Positions 35,200 to 46,236 are shown, numbered from the whole stretch's first letter. The stretch is DNA of 63,101 nt, filler included, from Octopus bimaculoides (GCF_001194135.2; 8 parts of 8 records of this genome joined end to end with filler, not necessarily neighbours in it), one strand, 5' to 3'. Translations and numbers: made by a program. The notes: a model not told the origin generated them from the letters alone.

Positions 35200-37664
35200 A
35201 GGATTGCTTCAATATTTTAGGAGTAGTCTGAAGTATCTAAGCAACCAAGGGATAGTTACATACATACATATATACTGTACGAACTAGATATGATGTCAAC
35301 ATCATTGATTACCATGAACAAATTGCATTACAGTAGATTTCAAAATCATTGACGAGAACAAAACTTATAAATTCCCCATCAGATGTTCGACTCGAACGAG
35401 TCAAATACGACTTTATTTTGTTCAACTGTTTTTCGAGCAATTTTAAGTTTTATAAATATAAACGCGCACGCGCGTGTGTGTATGTCTGTGTACACATTTA
35501 TGTACGTATGTATGTATGTTTGTATGTATGTATGTATGCACGTATGTATGTGCGTGTCACTGTAATACCGTATCGACCAGATTGTCGGATATTGGTGTAT
35601 ACTGCTGGTAACAATGCATTTTCTCGTCTTGTTGCAGCTTTCAAATGATGCCCCACGCTGCCTGGGCGAGCGCATTAATAGTTCCCCTGAAAGAAACTTC
35701 AATCCGAGACAGGTTTAACTATTTTCAGTGAACTGGAACAATGTATTGGGTCATCTCATAAATAATGTGGTCTTTTCAATTGCATAAACTAAAAGTCGGA
35801 TGGGGACAGGATAAACTACCTGCATCAAGTTGCTATAACAGCAGGTAGTAATTTTACCATGTCCTTATTTATAGTGCAAGTCACGAAGAGTGCAGTTCGA
35901 TTTTAACAGTTATTTTTCAAAGCTATAATGGAAGTGACAAAGGAGCGTATTCGGCATATTTTGCTTTATGAGTTCCATAACAACGTAATGGAAAATGGAT
36001 TCTTTTTAAATGTGTCAAGCGCCGAGGACAGTGAAAGGAGAAACACCGGCACCACAGGCTAAAGAAGGTCTTCACCAACGCGAGATAGTATCTGTTTGGT
36101 GGGGTATTCCAAAGGCTGGAGCAGTCTCAATGGGAAACGATGCCCCACCCACCATATTCGCCAGACATTGCCCCATCTGATTATCATTTATTCTGCAGCC
36201 ATCAAAATCATTTGGACGAAAAAGATATGAATTCTGTAGACGAGGTCAGAACAGTACTGGAGGGGTATTTTTCATCACGGACAAGTGAATTTTTGGAGAG
36301 GGGGGAGCTTACAAATCTACTACATAGATGGAAGAGCATTATAGAAGGACTGTATATTTTAGATTAAAAAAGAACTCTGTTTATCTTAATTTTGAAAAAT
36401 AAAACAAGTATAAAAAACTTTGTACTGACCCAAGAAAATTAAATCTTTTGTTCAAGAAGACAATGTGACGCCTGTTTGGGAATTGAAACCACGATCTTGT
36501 GGCTGTAAGTAAACTACCCTAACCACAAAGTCCCACTTGCATGTGTGTGTGTGTGATTGTATGTATATTGTTATTGTTTTTAATCTATAATAAACTCATT
36601 CATTTTTTCAATTCGTATACTGCTTCAATACAATTCATCATGATATAATTAATACAGTATAAATTAATTTGATATATAATCTAATTTTTAAAATTAATGA
36701 ATTAAACTTACTGTACATAACTGCTTTATATCTAAATGGGCATGGAAATTTAACTTCGTCATCCTTATTGGTAGGTGTAATGGTAGAATATTGCAGTGTC
36801 GTCTTACGCGTCGGCTTTGAAGTTGTAGGTGCAAAAGTCTGACTTGCTGTTTCTTTAACTGATGTTGTTTGTGGTGGTGTAGCAGGTGGTGTAGTAGGTG
36901 GAGTAGTAGGTAGAGTAGTAGGTAGTGTAGTAGACGGTGTAGTAGGTGGTGTAGTAGGGGAGGTGGTAGTCATCTTTGTTGTTTTTACAGTAGTTGTAGA
37001 TTTTGGTGTTCCTGTTCAATACAATGAACGAGAAATATTAAAATAATATAGACGATACTTGTATTAATTATAAAATAACATAATTTTTCCTTGCTAAAAC
37101 TCAATAAAGATCTATATAATTTCAGAGTGGATGCTAGTTGTCTACTAGAAGTTTTGTGAAAGCTAAAATAGAACAGTTTATAAACGTATTGTAAAAATCC
37201 ATGACACTTCTAAATTCTACGTTTGTTCTCCTTTTAACTTTGAAAACAATATTGCTCGCCTTGCCATTGATATATCATCTTTATATACAAACTATTGGTG
37301 AAATCCTATCCGGTTACCTAGGTTAAAATAAAAAATACTATATATTCTTTCGAAGAATCCTAAGCATTTAAAAAGAAAACTAAAAAATGAAGGACAGCAA
37401 TTATTATATTACCATATAGAGCTTGTACTCCTTTTATGTCATCATTTCCAAGTTTTAGCTTTTCGCCAACTTTGGGCATTTTGTAATAAGGAAACATAAT
37501 TGCGTTTACGTCTTTGGAATGATATAGTCCAAGGGAGTGTCCGAACTCATGTACAGCGACGTATAGGAGGCTTTTACCTTTAGAAGAATTAACTGACCAA
37601 TCTTCACTTTCATCAAAATGTACATCGCCGTTGGTAGGCATAAAAGCATGTGCTAATACACCAC
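23257..37664 (-). CDS. MMP: Matrix metalloproteinase (M10A matrixin) gene, 5'-incomplete; six exons spanning catalytic C-half, Thr/Pro hinge and hemopexin domain
   Basis: Exons of 252+300+162+113+143+175 nt splice at GT-AG with phases 1,1,1,0,2 into one frame of about 380 codons. Contains HEFGHSLGLYH zinc motif, IMFP Met-turn and four hemopexin-like blades. Subfamily not assigned. Confidence 0.9.
23697..23955. mobile_element. hAT/Charlie-type non-autonomous element (259 bp)
   Basis: TIRs cagtgtttctcaacc / gggtgaaaaccactg. Flanking 8-mers gtccagtg and gtatagca match at 4 of 8, a decayed TSD at best. Confidence 0.7.
25625..26440 (+). mobile_element. Mariner relic, internally deleted (MMP last intron)
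   Basis: RYAIKVCVKL N-terminal motif; HLHQDNAP...HPSNSPHL...LFPKM...FHEAFMNWLERY C-terminal catalytic motifs. Confidence 0.8.
26463..26767 (-). mobile_element. Tandem pair of tRNA-derived CORE-like SINEs (family B)
   Basis: Minus strand reads GGAGTGGCTGTGTGGTAAG (A box), GGGTTCAGTCCC (B box), CCTTGGGCAAGTGTCTT (CORE-like). The second copy is 5'-truncated. Confidence 0.88.
27329..27471 (-). CDS. MMP: MMP hemopexin exon (blades 3-4)
   Basis: ANTAYHLDHDCEIFDANDIGTEFPEIGRNVMSAYTVDDKNIVFLKKR. Acceptor tatcctttgcag, donor TT/gtaagt, 143 nt, phase 0 to 2. Confidence 0.82.
27675..28446. repeat. Inverted repeat: 108-bp arms at 27675-27782 and 28339-28446
   Basis: Base-by-base comparison gives 2 mismatches in 108 bp; spacer about 556 bp. 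Confidence 0.92.
27955..28960 (+). mobile_element. Decayed DNA transposase, probably Chapaev3-like (CMC superfamily)
   Basis: CRNDPNAFYYKCG, YDSYFDVHLDDQDKKWSPHMVCRNCEGTLRGWTKG, VPMVWQQSKE, ELVDLARDL, LKMVDFHLEQQKG..KFLCYLCMWDRRAR. Superfamily name from memory of this motif set; needs a Repbase/Dfam check. Confidence 0.65.
29652..30566 (+). mobile_element. Mariner relic with both TIRs, internally deleted
   Basis: Left ggtctgatcaataagtatccgga and right cggatactcattggtcagatctcgta are inverted. QRICIKFCQKLG, DERSGRP, VSAKFVRKLL and PQYSPDL motifs present. Confidence 0.85.
31287..31413. mobile_element. Second copy of the 127-bp MITE, opposite orientation
   Basis: Reverse complement of 21594-21720 with a few substitutions, same length, 3' TA retained. 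Confidence 0.85.
32166..32278 (-). CDS. MMP: MMP hemopexin exon (blades 2-3), absent from the ORF track
   Basis: RKRCYRLTGGVRDNKFPKILPEFIRSAVVIDDFLLAFS. Acceptor atctattcacag, donor TCG/gtaagt, 113 nt, phase 1 to 0, exactly the phase change needed to join its neighbours. Confidence 0.82.
33211..34139 (+). mobile_element. Mariner relic inserted in a (TACA)n tract
   Basis: DECCVHYFEP, SAGKVMASV, LFHQGNALVH, DYHLFPN, RALQHRWKKCVD. Termini tacgaagg...aaaatgttc and gaacttttcaac...cgta are inverted. Confidence 0.88.
34341..34536 (-). mobile_element. SINE family A, diverged (MMP intron)
   Basis: gaaaggatgaaaggcaaaagcgacctcggcggaatatgaactcagaacg...cagctcgccgcc. Confidence 0.8.
34656..34817 (-). CDS. 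MMP: MMP hemopexin exon (blades 1-2)
   Basis: KKHKFYIFKRKSVFNLTKDGPVRLSKFETIQRRIPKRITAAAYHNDADQTFLFS. Acceptor ttttcgttaccag, donor A/gtaagt, 162 nt, phase 1 to 1. Confidence 0.85.
35745..36433 (+). mobile_element. Mariner (Mos1/Hsmar-type) relic, internally deleted
   Basis: MEVTKERIRHILLYEF N-terminus; PHPPYSPDIAPSDYHLF...LLHRWKSII C-terminus; ttgggtca / tgacccaa termini. Confidence 0.85.
36712..37011 (-). CDS. MMP: MMP hinge exon: Thr/Pro-rich linker plus start of hemopexin blade 1
   Basis: GTPKSTTTVKTTKMTTTSPTTPPTT...TNKDDEVKFPCPFRYKAVMY. Acceptor tgtattgaacag, donor A/gtaagt, 300 nt, phase 1 to 1, in frame with the catalytic exon. Confidence 0.88.
37413..37664 (-). CDS. MMP: MMP catalytic-domain exon
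   Basis: (G)GVLAHAFMPTNGDVHFDESEDWSVNSSKGKSLLYVAVHEFGHSLGLYHSKDVNAIMFPYYKMPKVGEKLKLGNDDIKGVQALYG. Acceptor ccattttatag, donor G/gtaata, phase 1 to 1. HExxHxxGxxH plus Met-turn is diagnostic of matrixins. Confidence 0.96.
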
Positions 37665-37712
37665 CTATAAAATGGTGAAAATAAATACTTCATAATATTT
37701 ATTATGAACGTT

Positions 37713-37748
<36 letters not shown>

Positions 37749-37848
37749 NNNNNNNNNNNNNNNNNNNNNNNNNNNNNNNNNNNNNNNNNNNNTTAATTAA
37801 TTAANNNNNNNNNNNNNNNNNNNNNNNNNNNNNNNNNNNNNNNNNNNN
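37749..37848. other. Artificial scaffold join: N44-TTAATTAATTAA-N44 (also at 6822, 19150, 45712, 54691, 58106, 60441)
   Basis: An identical 12-mer with stops in all six frames, centred in 100-bp N spacers, seven times. Confidence 0.95.
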
Positions 37849-38116
37849 AAGCCTCGGGAAATGCTTGTCAAAAGAACAAGACAAGCGTTCCAAAATTATG
37901 TTTCTCGACATTTTTCAAATGTCAAGAAGGAAATTTTTGTATTTTGCTAGGGCCGAAACTGCCCCTGGGGGTCAATTCCTGCCCTTGAAAATACACACAA
38001 ATGAAGCCTAGGTGCTTCGCAACAAAATTATTTAAAAATTCCAACAAAATGTGGACAGTAAAAGGTCAAATAAACGTTTACCTTCGCAGCCGATGTGACA
38101 GCACGTCCGTGAGAAG

Positions 38117-38158
<42 letters not shown>

Positions 38159-38594
38159 GTACGTACATAGGTACGTCTGTATGAATGTGTGTATGTCCGA
38201 CCTAAATGTTCTCCAGAAAAACGTTTTTCTCTACTTCTACATTCAACGTCCAGATTATCTCCACTGTTGCAATCGGTCATTCTGTCAACAAACCTCCTGT
38301 AGTCAGCAAGTGTTAACTTACAAGCATATCTCAACTTATCGTCGTTTCACTCAACGTTCTTTTCTTTCTTTTTACGTTTTTTTTTTCTTTTAACGTCTTA
38401 TTCCATTTTTAAATTCGTTTTTCTTCTTTCAAGAAACTAATGAAATAAAAATAAACCTTAACTTCACTTGATTTATCCTTCAGAGAATATATTTAAAAGC
38501 ATAAAAATGTTTAAACGATATAAATACACTTAAAATCCATTACCGAAGTGGAAAAATAAAATAAAATATATATGAAAATATATATAAAGGTAAA

Positions 38595-39365
38595 GCCCCA
38601 CTTCGGTCATGAATGACCATGAGATTGCACCTAGAAAGTTCCCCTCCGAGACACAAGTCCGGGCAAGGTTGTTTGTGAATGACCAGTGGTCACCCATGCA
38701 TACCAGACACTCCTCTCCAAATCACCGATGTTATCCAAGGGAAATGCAAAAGCCGACACAGCTTGGCACTAGCGACGTCACAACTCATTTCTGGAGCTGA
38801 ATGAACCGGAGCAACACACAGCCCGATCCGGGAATCGAACTCGCAGCCCGGTCTGGAAATTGAACTTACTAACTCATGATTGTGAGCCCTACAATCTAGC
38901 CACTGAGCCTTGCGCCTTCAACATGAACAATTTATTCTTGTCTACTCAAGGCACAAGACCTGAAATTTGGGGGGAGGGTGCCAGTCGATTAGATCGACTC
39001 CAGTACGCAACTGGTACTTAATTTATCAACCCCCGAAAGGATGAAAGGCAAAGTCGACCTCAGCAGAATTTGAACTCAGAACGTAGCGGCAGACGAAATA
39101 CCGCTAAGCATTTCGCCTGGCGTGCTAACGTTTCTTATTTCTTTATTGCCCACAAGGGGCTAAAGATAGAAGGGGCAAACAAGGACAGACAACGGAATTA
39201 AGTCGATTATATCGACCCCAGTGCGTAACTAGTACATAATTTATCGACCCCGAAAGGATGAAAGGCAAAGTCGAATTAAGCGTAATTTGAACCCAGAACG
39301 TAACGGCAGACGAAATACCGCTAAGCATTTCGCCCTGTGTGCTAACGTTTCTGCCAGCACGCTGC
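38595..39365 (-). mobile_element. Stack of three co-oriented SINEs (family C 38595-38920; family A 38934-39134; family A alternative tail 39133-39365)
   Basis: Three recognisable head/core blocks directly abutting; the middle copy lacks its first 12 or so bases where the third begins. Confidence 0.85.
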
Positions 39366-39893
39366 TTTAACCTTATATAAACCATTTATGAAAACAGATA
39401 TATGCTAGCAAATTTCTTCCAACTTTTTTATTTTTTTCATGTTACGTCATTTTGCAATTTAGTCACATGTCTTGGAATCATTTACCAACGTAAATTGATA
39501 TATATCTGAACTGCATTGACAGACTGACGCGTTTTCCTCCACTAAGTCACGATGTTACTCAGATAATGCATTGAACAACTTGAAACTACGGCAGAAAACA
39601 ATTGTTGAAGGTGTCGCACTTGTGAGTCGAACACGATATTCTGTGACTACGAAGAAAATTTCTTTACCACACAGTCATTCCTGCGCCAAAACACTTGTGT
39701 TACAATTGAATTTTATTTAAACGTGATTGAAATTAGGAATGAAACAATGTAAAATTGTCACAGAATAAAAATGTCTTAAGTTGATGGATGATAGAATTTG
39801 AAGATAATATGCACACTGAAAATTAAATAAATGAAGATGTAAATATTCAAATTTAGTTGCAATGCGTACATTTGTGCGTGTAAATGTTTGCGC

Positions 39894-39938
<45 letters not shown>

Positions 39939-40994
39939 GTGTGCGCATGTGTGTTCACAGGTGTGTATGTGTGTGTGTAGAAATCTATGAAATAGTTTAA
40001 GTGTGTATAAGTGCATATTTGCATGGGAAACATGTGCGTATATTCTTCTGAGTTGAATGCCTATTTGTAATGTATGTTTGCATGTGTTTGGCGTGAAAAA
40101 ACAAGTGGGAGCGAAGAGAATAATTTGAAAAGATTTACAAAGTAGAAAAGCAAATTCTATGATTTATTATTTATGTGCATGTAAACTAAGTATATGTATG
40201 TGTAACTGTGTGTGCGAAAGTGCGCTTGTATATGTGCATGTGTGTGCGAGTTTGCGAATTTGCGCTTTTGTAGGCGAGTGTGTATGTGTGTGGGGGGTGT
40301 AGTATGAGTGTGCTAGTGTTTGTGCGTCTACACACACTCTCACACATAGTGTTAATGTGAATATGTGTGAGAATGGGTATTATGTGCTTGTGTAAGAAAC
40401 TACCGGAGTATCCATTCCCGACAAAAGAATTTATTCTCAGTAAAAGAGAAAAAAATCTTCTCAAATTCCCCTTCACACAAAACCCTCAAACTGCAAAACA
40501 TTAAACATATTTCTGTCTTTCCTCCTTATCAATAAGCAGTCCATTCACACACACACACACTCCTTACCGAATACACCAAATTTTCCATTCCACTGACAAA
40601 TCCTAACTATTCCGTTCCTTAACATTGTCTCTGGAGAGCATCAATCTGCCACATTACAGAAGAACCTTAGCTCTTTGCTCAACTATTTTCGTGGTATACA
40701 AGAAAGGGTACAAAATTCTCCGACTGTAGACGTGAAAGTGTTTTCTCGACATGGGCAGAGTTTAAATGCAATCCAACCTACCACAGAGATCGTGGGGCGG
40801 CATCAGCAGGAAGTGTAAGATATCCCGAACGTGCGACTTGAGACAGTGGATCAAACCCCGATCAGATCTGAGCGTGACATAAAAAGATCCAAAACAGTAA
40901 GTCCCACTAAGCAGCCTCTGAGACAATTACAGTCTATAAACCGCCAGGAAACAACAGAACAACGCTTCAGCATTAAAATCTCATGACAGAAAAG

Positions 40995-41457
40995 CAACGA
41001 CCTGGCAGGATCGTCAGTACGCCGAACAAAATGCTTAACAGTATTTCGTCCGTCTATACATTCTGAGATCAAATCCTGCTGAGGCCGACTTTGCATTTCG
41101 TCTCTACGGATCGATAAAATAATTATGAGTTGAATACTGGAGTCGATGCAATAGACATACCCCTCCGCCGAAATTGCTGGCCTTGTATAAAAATCTGAAA
41201 GCAATATCTGATGACAGTAATGTCAAGTATTACGGTTAATTATTGTTTCAAATTTTAGTCCAAAGCCAGCAGTTTCTTAGCGGGGGGGGGGTGCTTCAGT
41301 CGATTACTTCGACCCCTGTGCTAAACTGGTAATTTATCTTACTGACCCTGAAAGGGTAAAAGGCAAAGTTGACCGCGGCGGGATTAGAACACAAACCATA
41401 AAGAACCGAAAGAAATGCTGCAAAGCATTTTGTCCGACGGATTAACGATTGTGCCGC
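40995..41457. mobile_element. Tail-to-tail pair of diverged family A SINEs (+ 40995-41200, - 41250-41457)
   Basis: gaggccgactttgcatttc...gatcgataaaataa on +; accctgaaagggtaaaaggcaaagttgacc on the second copy. Confidence 0.7.
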
Positions 41458-41774
41458 TAAGCCGTGTTAACTTTGACCCTGGATTAAATATAACGCAACG
41501 ACTAAATGCCGCATCATATATCTTAAACAATGAGTATTGAAGAACATTTACAATGCACTGTCATACTCGTAGCATTCTTAAGCAAACACTAACAGGAAGT
41601 CACGCTGCAAGCATTACCGAAATCTGGATGCCAAAGACACAGTGTACAACACTCCTGATTGCCAAAGAGTTGCATTATATGTGACTACCAAACACTAGCG
41701 ACTGAGTACAGTTCAGAGCGCATCAGAGATACTCACGTTTTGCAGTTCTTTTGAAGATATTTATGCTTTGAAGA

Positions 41775-41955
41775 AATTTGGAGGGAGAGGCCAGTCGATT
41801 AGATCGACCCCAGAACGCAACTGGTACTTAATTTATCGACCCCTAAAGGATGAAAAGCAAAGTCGACCTCGGCGGAATTTGAACTCAACGTAAAGACAGA
41901 CAAAATACCGCTAAGCATTTCACCCAACGTGCTAACTTTTCTGTCAGCTCGCCGC
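41775..41955 (-). mobile_element. SINE family A
   Basis: gtcgattagatcgacccc...ggatgaaaagcaaagtcgacctcggcggaatttgaactc...cagctcgccgc. Confidence 0.85.
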
Positions 41956-42917
41956 TTTTTTGCACCTACTTATATTACTACTTATATAACATTATATTTT
42001 ACCATTTCCCCTCAATTTTTTAACTGCATGTCAGGGAGCCATTCATATCACGGTCAAATTACACCCTATCTATAACTGTTAAAACATCTACAACTAAATA
42101 CAGGTCATTGCAACGTACCACAACGACATCCTGCAAATATCTTTTGGAACGTTTGTTGGTAATTATTAGCTATTCGTGCATATCTAATGGCTGCAGTCAT
42201 CAAACCTGAGTGTGAGTTCGGGTGCACCCTGGTGTGTGCAAGTGTGTGTTTGTGAGAGAGATTGTGTGTGCATATGCGTGTGTCACTTTGGAATTATTAA
42301 TTAATGACTGGTTGCGCATAAAATTTTAGTAATGCATTTGTCTTGGCCTGCAATTTAATCACCTTCGAGTGAAAGAATAGCAATTGGACCGCTGCATTGA
42401 GAGAAAACCCGAGGTATCGTTATAAAACCTTTATTTCTTCATTGCATATATCCCTATATATATATATATATATATATATNNNNNNNNNNNNNNNNNNNNN
42501 NNNNNNNNNNNNNNNNNNNNNNNNNNNNNNNNNNNNNNNNNNNNNNNNNNNNNNNNNNNNNNNNNNNNNNNNNNNNNNNNNNNNNNNNNNNNNNNNNNNN
42601 NNNNNNNNNNNNNNNNNNNNNNNNNNNNNNNNNNNNNNNNNNNNNNNNNNNNNNNNNNNNNNNNNNNNNNNNNNNNNNNNNNNNNNNNNNNNNNNNNNNN
42701 NNNNNNNNNNNNNNNNNNNNNNNNNNNNNNNNNNNNNNNNNNNNNNNNNNNNNNNNNNNNNNNNNNNNNNNNNNNNNNNNNNNNNNNNNNNNNNNNNNNN
42801 NNNNNNNNNNNNNNNNNNNNNNNNNNNNNNNNNNNNNNNNNNNNNNNNNNNNNNNNNNNNNNNNNNNNNNNNNNNNNNNNNNNNNNNNNNNNNNNNNNNN
42901 NNNNNNACTAAGAGAGG

Positions 42918-42965
<48 letters not shown>

Positions 42966-43586
42966 TAGAGAGAGAGAGAGATAGAGAGAGAGAGGGAGAG
43001 AGAGAGTCGGAGCCCCGTTTGAAAATTCCAAGGACGTAGGATAGCGAAGCGTAAATTCTCCACGAAAATGCAAGCCGTGTAGTATCTGAAGCATAAAAGT
43101 TGGCATGATCAAGGTTATAAATTCTACTTCTGAAGGCTGAGTAAAGTAAAACAAACAGTAAGAAGCAATCGAAATAACAAGTATTTATAGCCAAATCTAA
43201 CGAGTTTTATGTAAATGAAGATGTCAGCTGTGACATGATCCTGCAAATAGTTAAAAAGTCTGAAGAACGGGAAAAAACGGAGATTGTATTTTATAATAGG
43301 CTGTTAGAAGTTTTGTTTCAAACGGGAAGCCATCACCCTAACAACCGAACGGATTGTGATATTTATAATACTGGGCACACATACATATCGACACCAACAT
43401 ACGGACGCACACACACACGCACACACGCGCACACAAACGCAGGCGTAAACACATGAATATAGGGCAGGCACGCATTCGTTTTTATCGAGTACTTCTAATA
43501 ATATAGATCTCAGGGCATACATATACAAGCATTCATGCGTATATATGTATATGCATACATATATATGTGTATGCATGTGTATACAC

Positions 43587-43649
<63 letters not shown>

Positions 43650-43696
43650 CATACACACACACACGTAAATATATGTATATATGTATGTATTTATAC

Positions 43697-43728
<32 letters not shown>

Positions 43729-44366
43729 TTGCGTGCATGTATATATATATATATATATATATATACACGTATACATACACAGACACATATGCACANNNNN
43801 NNNNNTATATACACGTATACATACACAGACACATATGCACACACACATATATATGTGTGTGTGTATGCATGTATGTATGTATTATGTATGTATACATAAA
43901 AACGTGCATAGTGGTCTCCCGTCGCATCAACGAATGAGTTTTGTTCAACAAGACGCGGCAAATCCACTTCTGACCCAGATCTGGAGGGGGAGGGAAGAAC
44001 ATCACCATATTGTCATTTGTGTGCAGGGTGAAAGGTGAAGACACCCAGCAGCATCTTCTACCTGTATCCGCAGCCTCTTTATCTATTGCCACTGAAATTG
44101 TGAACAAAGTCCATTGTTGTCGGTGCTGCTGTTTTGGTCTGTTGAACAAACGGCGCGATGAATATTGTTATTGTGCATATGGTTTTTGCTGAGCTAGTCC
44201 AAGTCTATTGTCTTTCAAATGTATTTTCGACTGGTGCAACAAGTGTCATGCACCCAGTATATGCGAATACAGTAATACTTCGACTATCACAGATGTTACG
44301 CACCAAAACCTCCCACAGAAATAATTAAAACCTATCAATTATAAATACTTATCGGCCGCAGAAACT

Positions 44367-44432
44367 CGCGATATACTGAGGCGTCCGCGATATACTGAGG
44401 AGTCCGCGATATACTGAGGAGTCCGCGATATA
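44367..44432. repeat. 19-bp minisatellite (CGCGATATACTGAGGAGTC) x3.5
   Basis: Three full units with one substitution, plus a partial unit. Confidence 0.95.
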
Positions 44433-44895
44433 AATTTACATATATAAATATATATCGCTGATATAACTAGATATATTAGATATATTTACATATATCAGCG
44501 ATGTACTGAGTACGTGATGGATGAACCACGACATGGCAAGGGATTACTGTGTGCAGGATTTTATATGAAGGGATTCATCTGCTATGAGTCCGTTGTAGTG
44601 GAGTACAATCACAAACACACACACACACGTATATATATTTATATATATATATATATNNNNNNNNNNNNNNNNNNNNNNNNNNNNNNNNNNNNNNNNNNNN
44701 NNNNNNNNNNNNNNNNNNNNNNNNNNNNNNNNNNNNNNNNNNNNNNNNNNNNNNNNNNNNNNNNNNNNNNNNNNNNNNNNNNNNNNNNNNNNNNNNNNNN
44801 NNNNNNNNNNNNNNNNNNNNNNNNNNNNNNNNNNNNNNNNNNNNNNNNNNNNNNNNNNNNNNNNNNNNAAACGGAAATACGTATGTACATATATG

Positions 44896-45290
44896 CGATG
44901 GGCTCTTTCAGTTTCCGTCAACCATATCCACTCACAAGGTTTGGGCGGCCCGAAGCTCTAGTAGAAGACCCCTGCCCAAAGTGCTACGCAGTGGGACTTA
45001 ACTGAAAACTGCGTGTGTGTGAAGCTTTGTCCTTAACCACAAACCCACCAATATGTTTCTGTATGTATTCTTATCAACAATGCAGGGCGGTGAGCTTGCA
45101 GAAACGTTAGCACGCCGGGTGAAAACTTTAGCGGTATTTCGTCTGCTTTTACGTTCTGAGTTAAAATTCCGCCTAAGTCGACTTTGCCTTTCACCCTTTC
45201 GGGGTCGATAAATTGAAGTACTAGTTGCTTACTAATCGACTTGTTCCCTCCCCAAAAATGTCTGACCTTGTGCCGAGAGTAGAAAAGATT
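44896..45290. mobile_element. Head-to-head SINEs: family B (-, 44896-45045) and family A (+, 45085-45290)
   Basis: tttcagtttcc...cccaaagtgctacgcagtgggact, then gggcggtgagcttgcagaaacgttagcacgcc. Confidence 0.78.
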
Positions 45291-46236
45291 CATGACAAGA
45301 ATCCTGCGTGTGTGCATCTACGAAATAATGTATGTGTGTATGTATGTATGTATGTATGTATGTATGTATGTATGTATGCACGCATGCATGTATGTATGTA
45401 TGTATGTATGTATGGGATTGGCGAAACAGACACGAGAAACAGAGCAGAATGCATGAGTATAATTGCTTTAGACCTTTATTTTTGATCAACAGAGAGTCAT
45501 ATGTATGAGTCAAGGGTCAAGAGGTTCGTGCATGGCCCATGAGTCACTTCTGCAAATTTTTGCCGATTAAAGTAATATATATATAACGTATATGCACATG
45601 CAGCACGCATCTGTATGTATGTGAATTACACACCCACCCACACACCCACGCACATAGATACATATATNNNNNNNNNNNNNNNNNNNNNNNNNNNNNNNNN
45701 NNNNNNNNNNNTTAATTAATTAANNNNNNNNNNNNNNNNNNNNNNNNNNNNNNNNNNNNNNNNNNNNCATCACCACCACCACCAAAACCACCACCACCAC
45801 CACCACTACTAACAGCAAAAATAATTTTGTCACTGCCACAACTTCCACAAATTTCAGTTACATCACATCATTACCACTACCACCACCACCATCATCATCA
45901 CAGTCACCACCACCACCACCATTGTCATCACCATCAACATCAGCACTCCACTGCCTAACTACCCCACTTCTACTCAAGCCACAAGCCAACACTGGGGGCC
46001 TATAAGTGGCCATTAGACCTACTGAAAATAACATCTTGAATCACAACCTGCCATCTTTTAAAAAAAAAAGTAGGGAAGATACATTAAAAAATATTATATA
46101 TTATGGGTATGTGGGTATTTTGAAAATACCCCCATGGTGTGATGACCATAGTTACAGGCTGCCCTTTGGCAAGGCATAGCACCCATTCAGCTACCCTGTC
46201 AGGGATACAGGAAAGTCATAGGACTGTAACACAGGA

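Noticed and set aside
44367-44432. 19-bp repeats as a CRISPR-like array or hammerhead (CTGAGGAG)
   Set aside because: No spacers and a eukaryotic context; no downstream GAAA or stems for a ribozyme.
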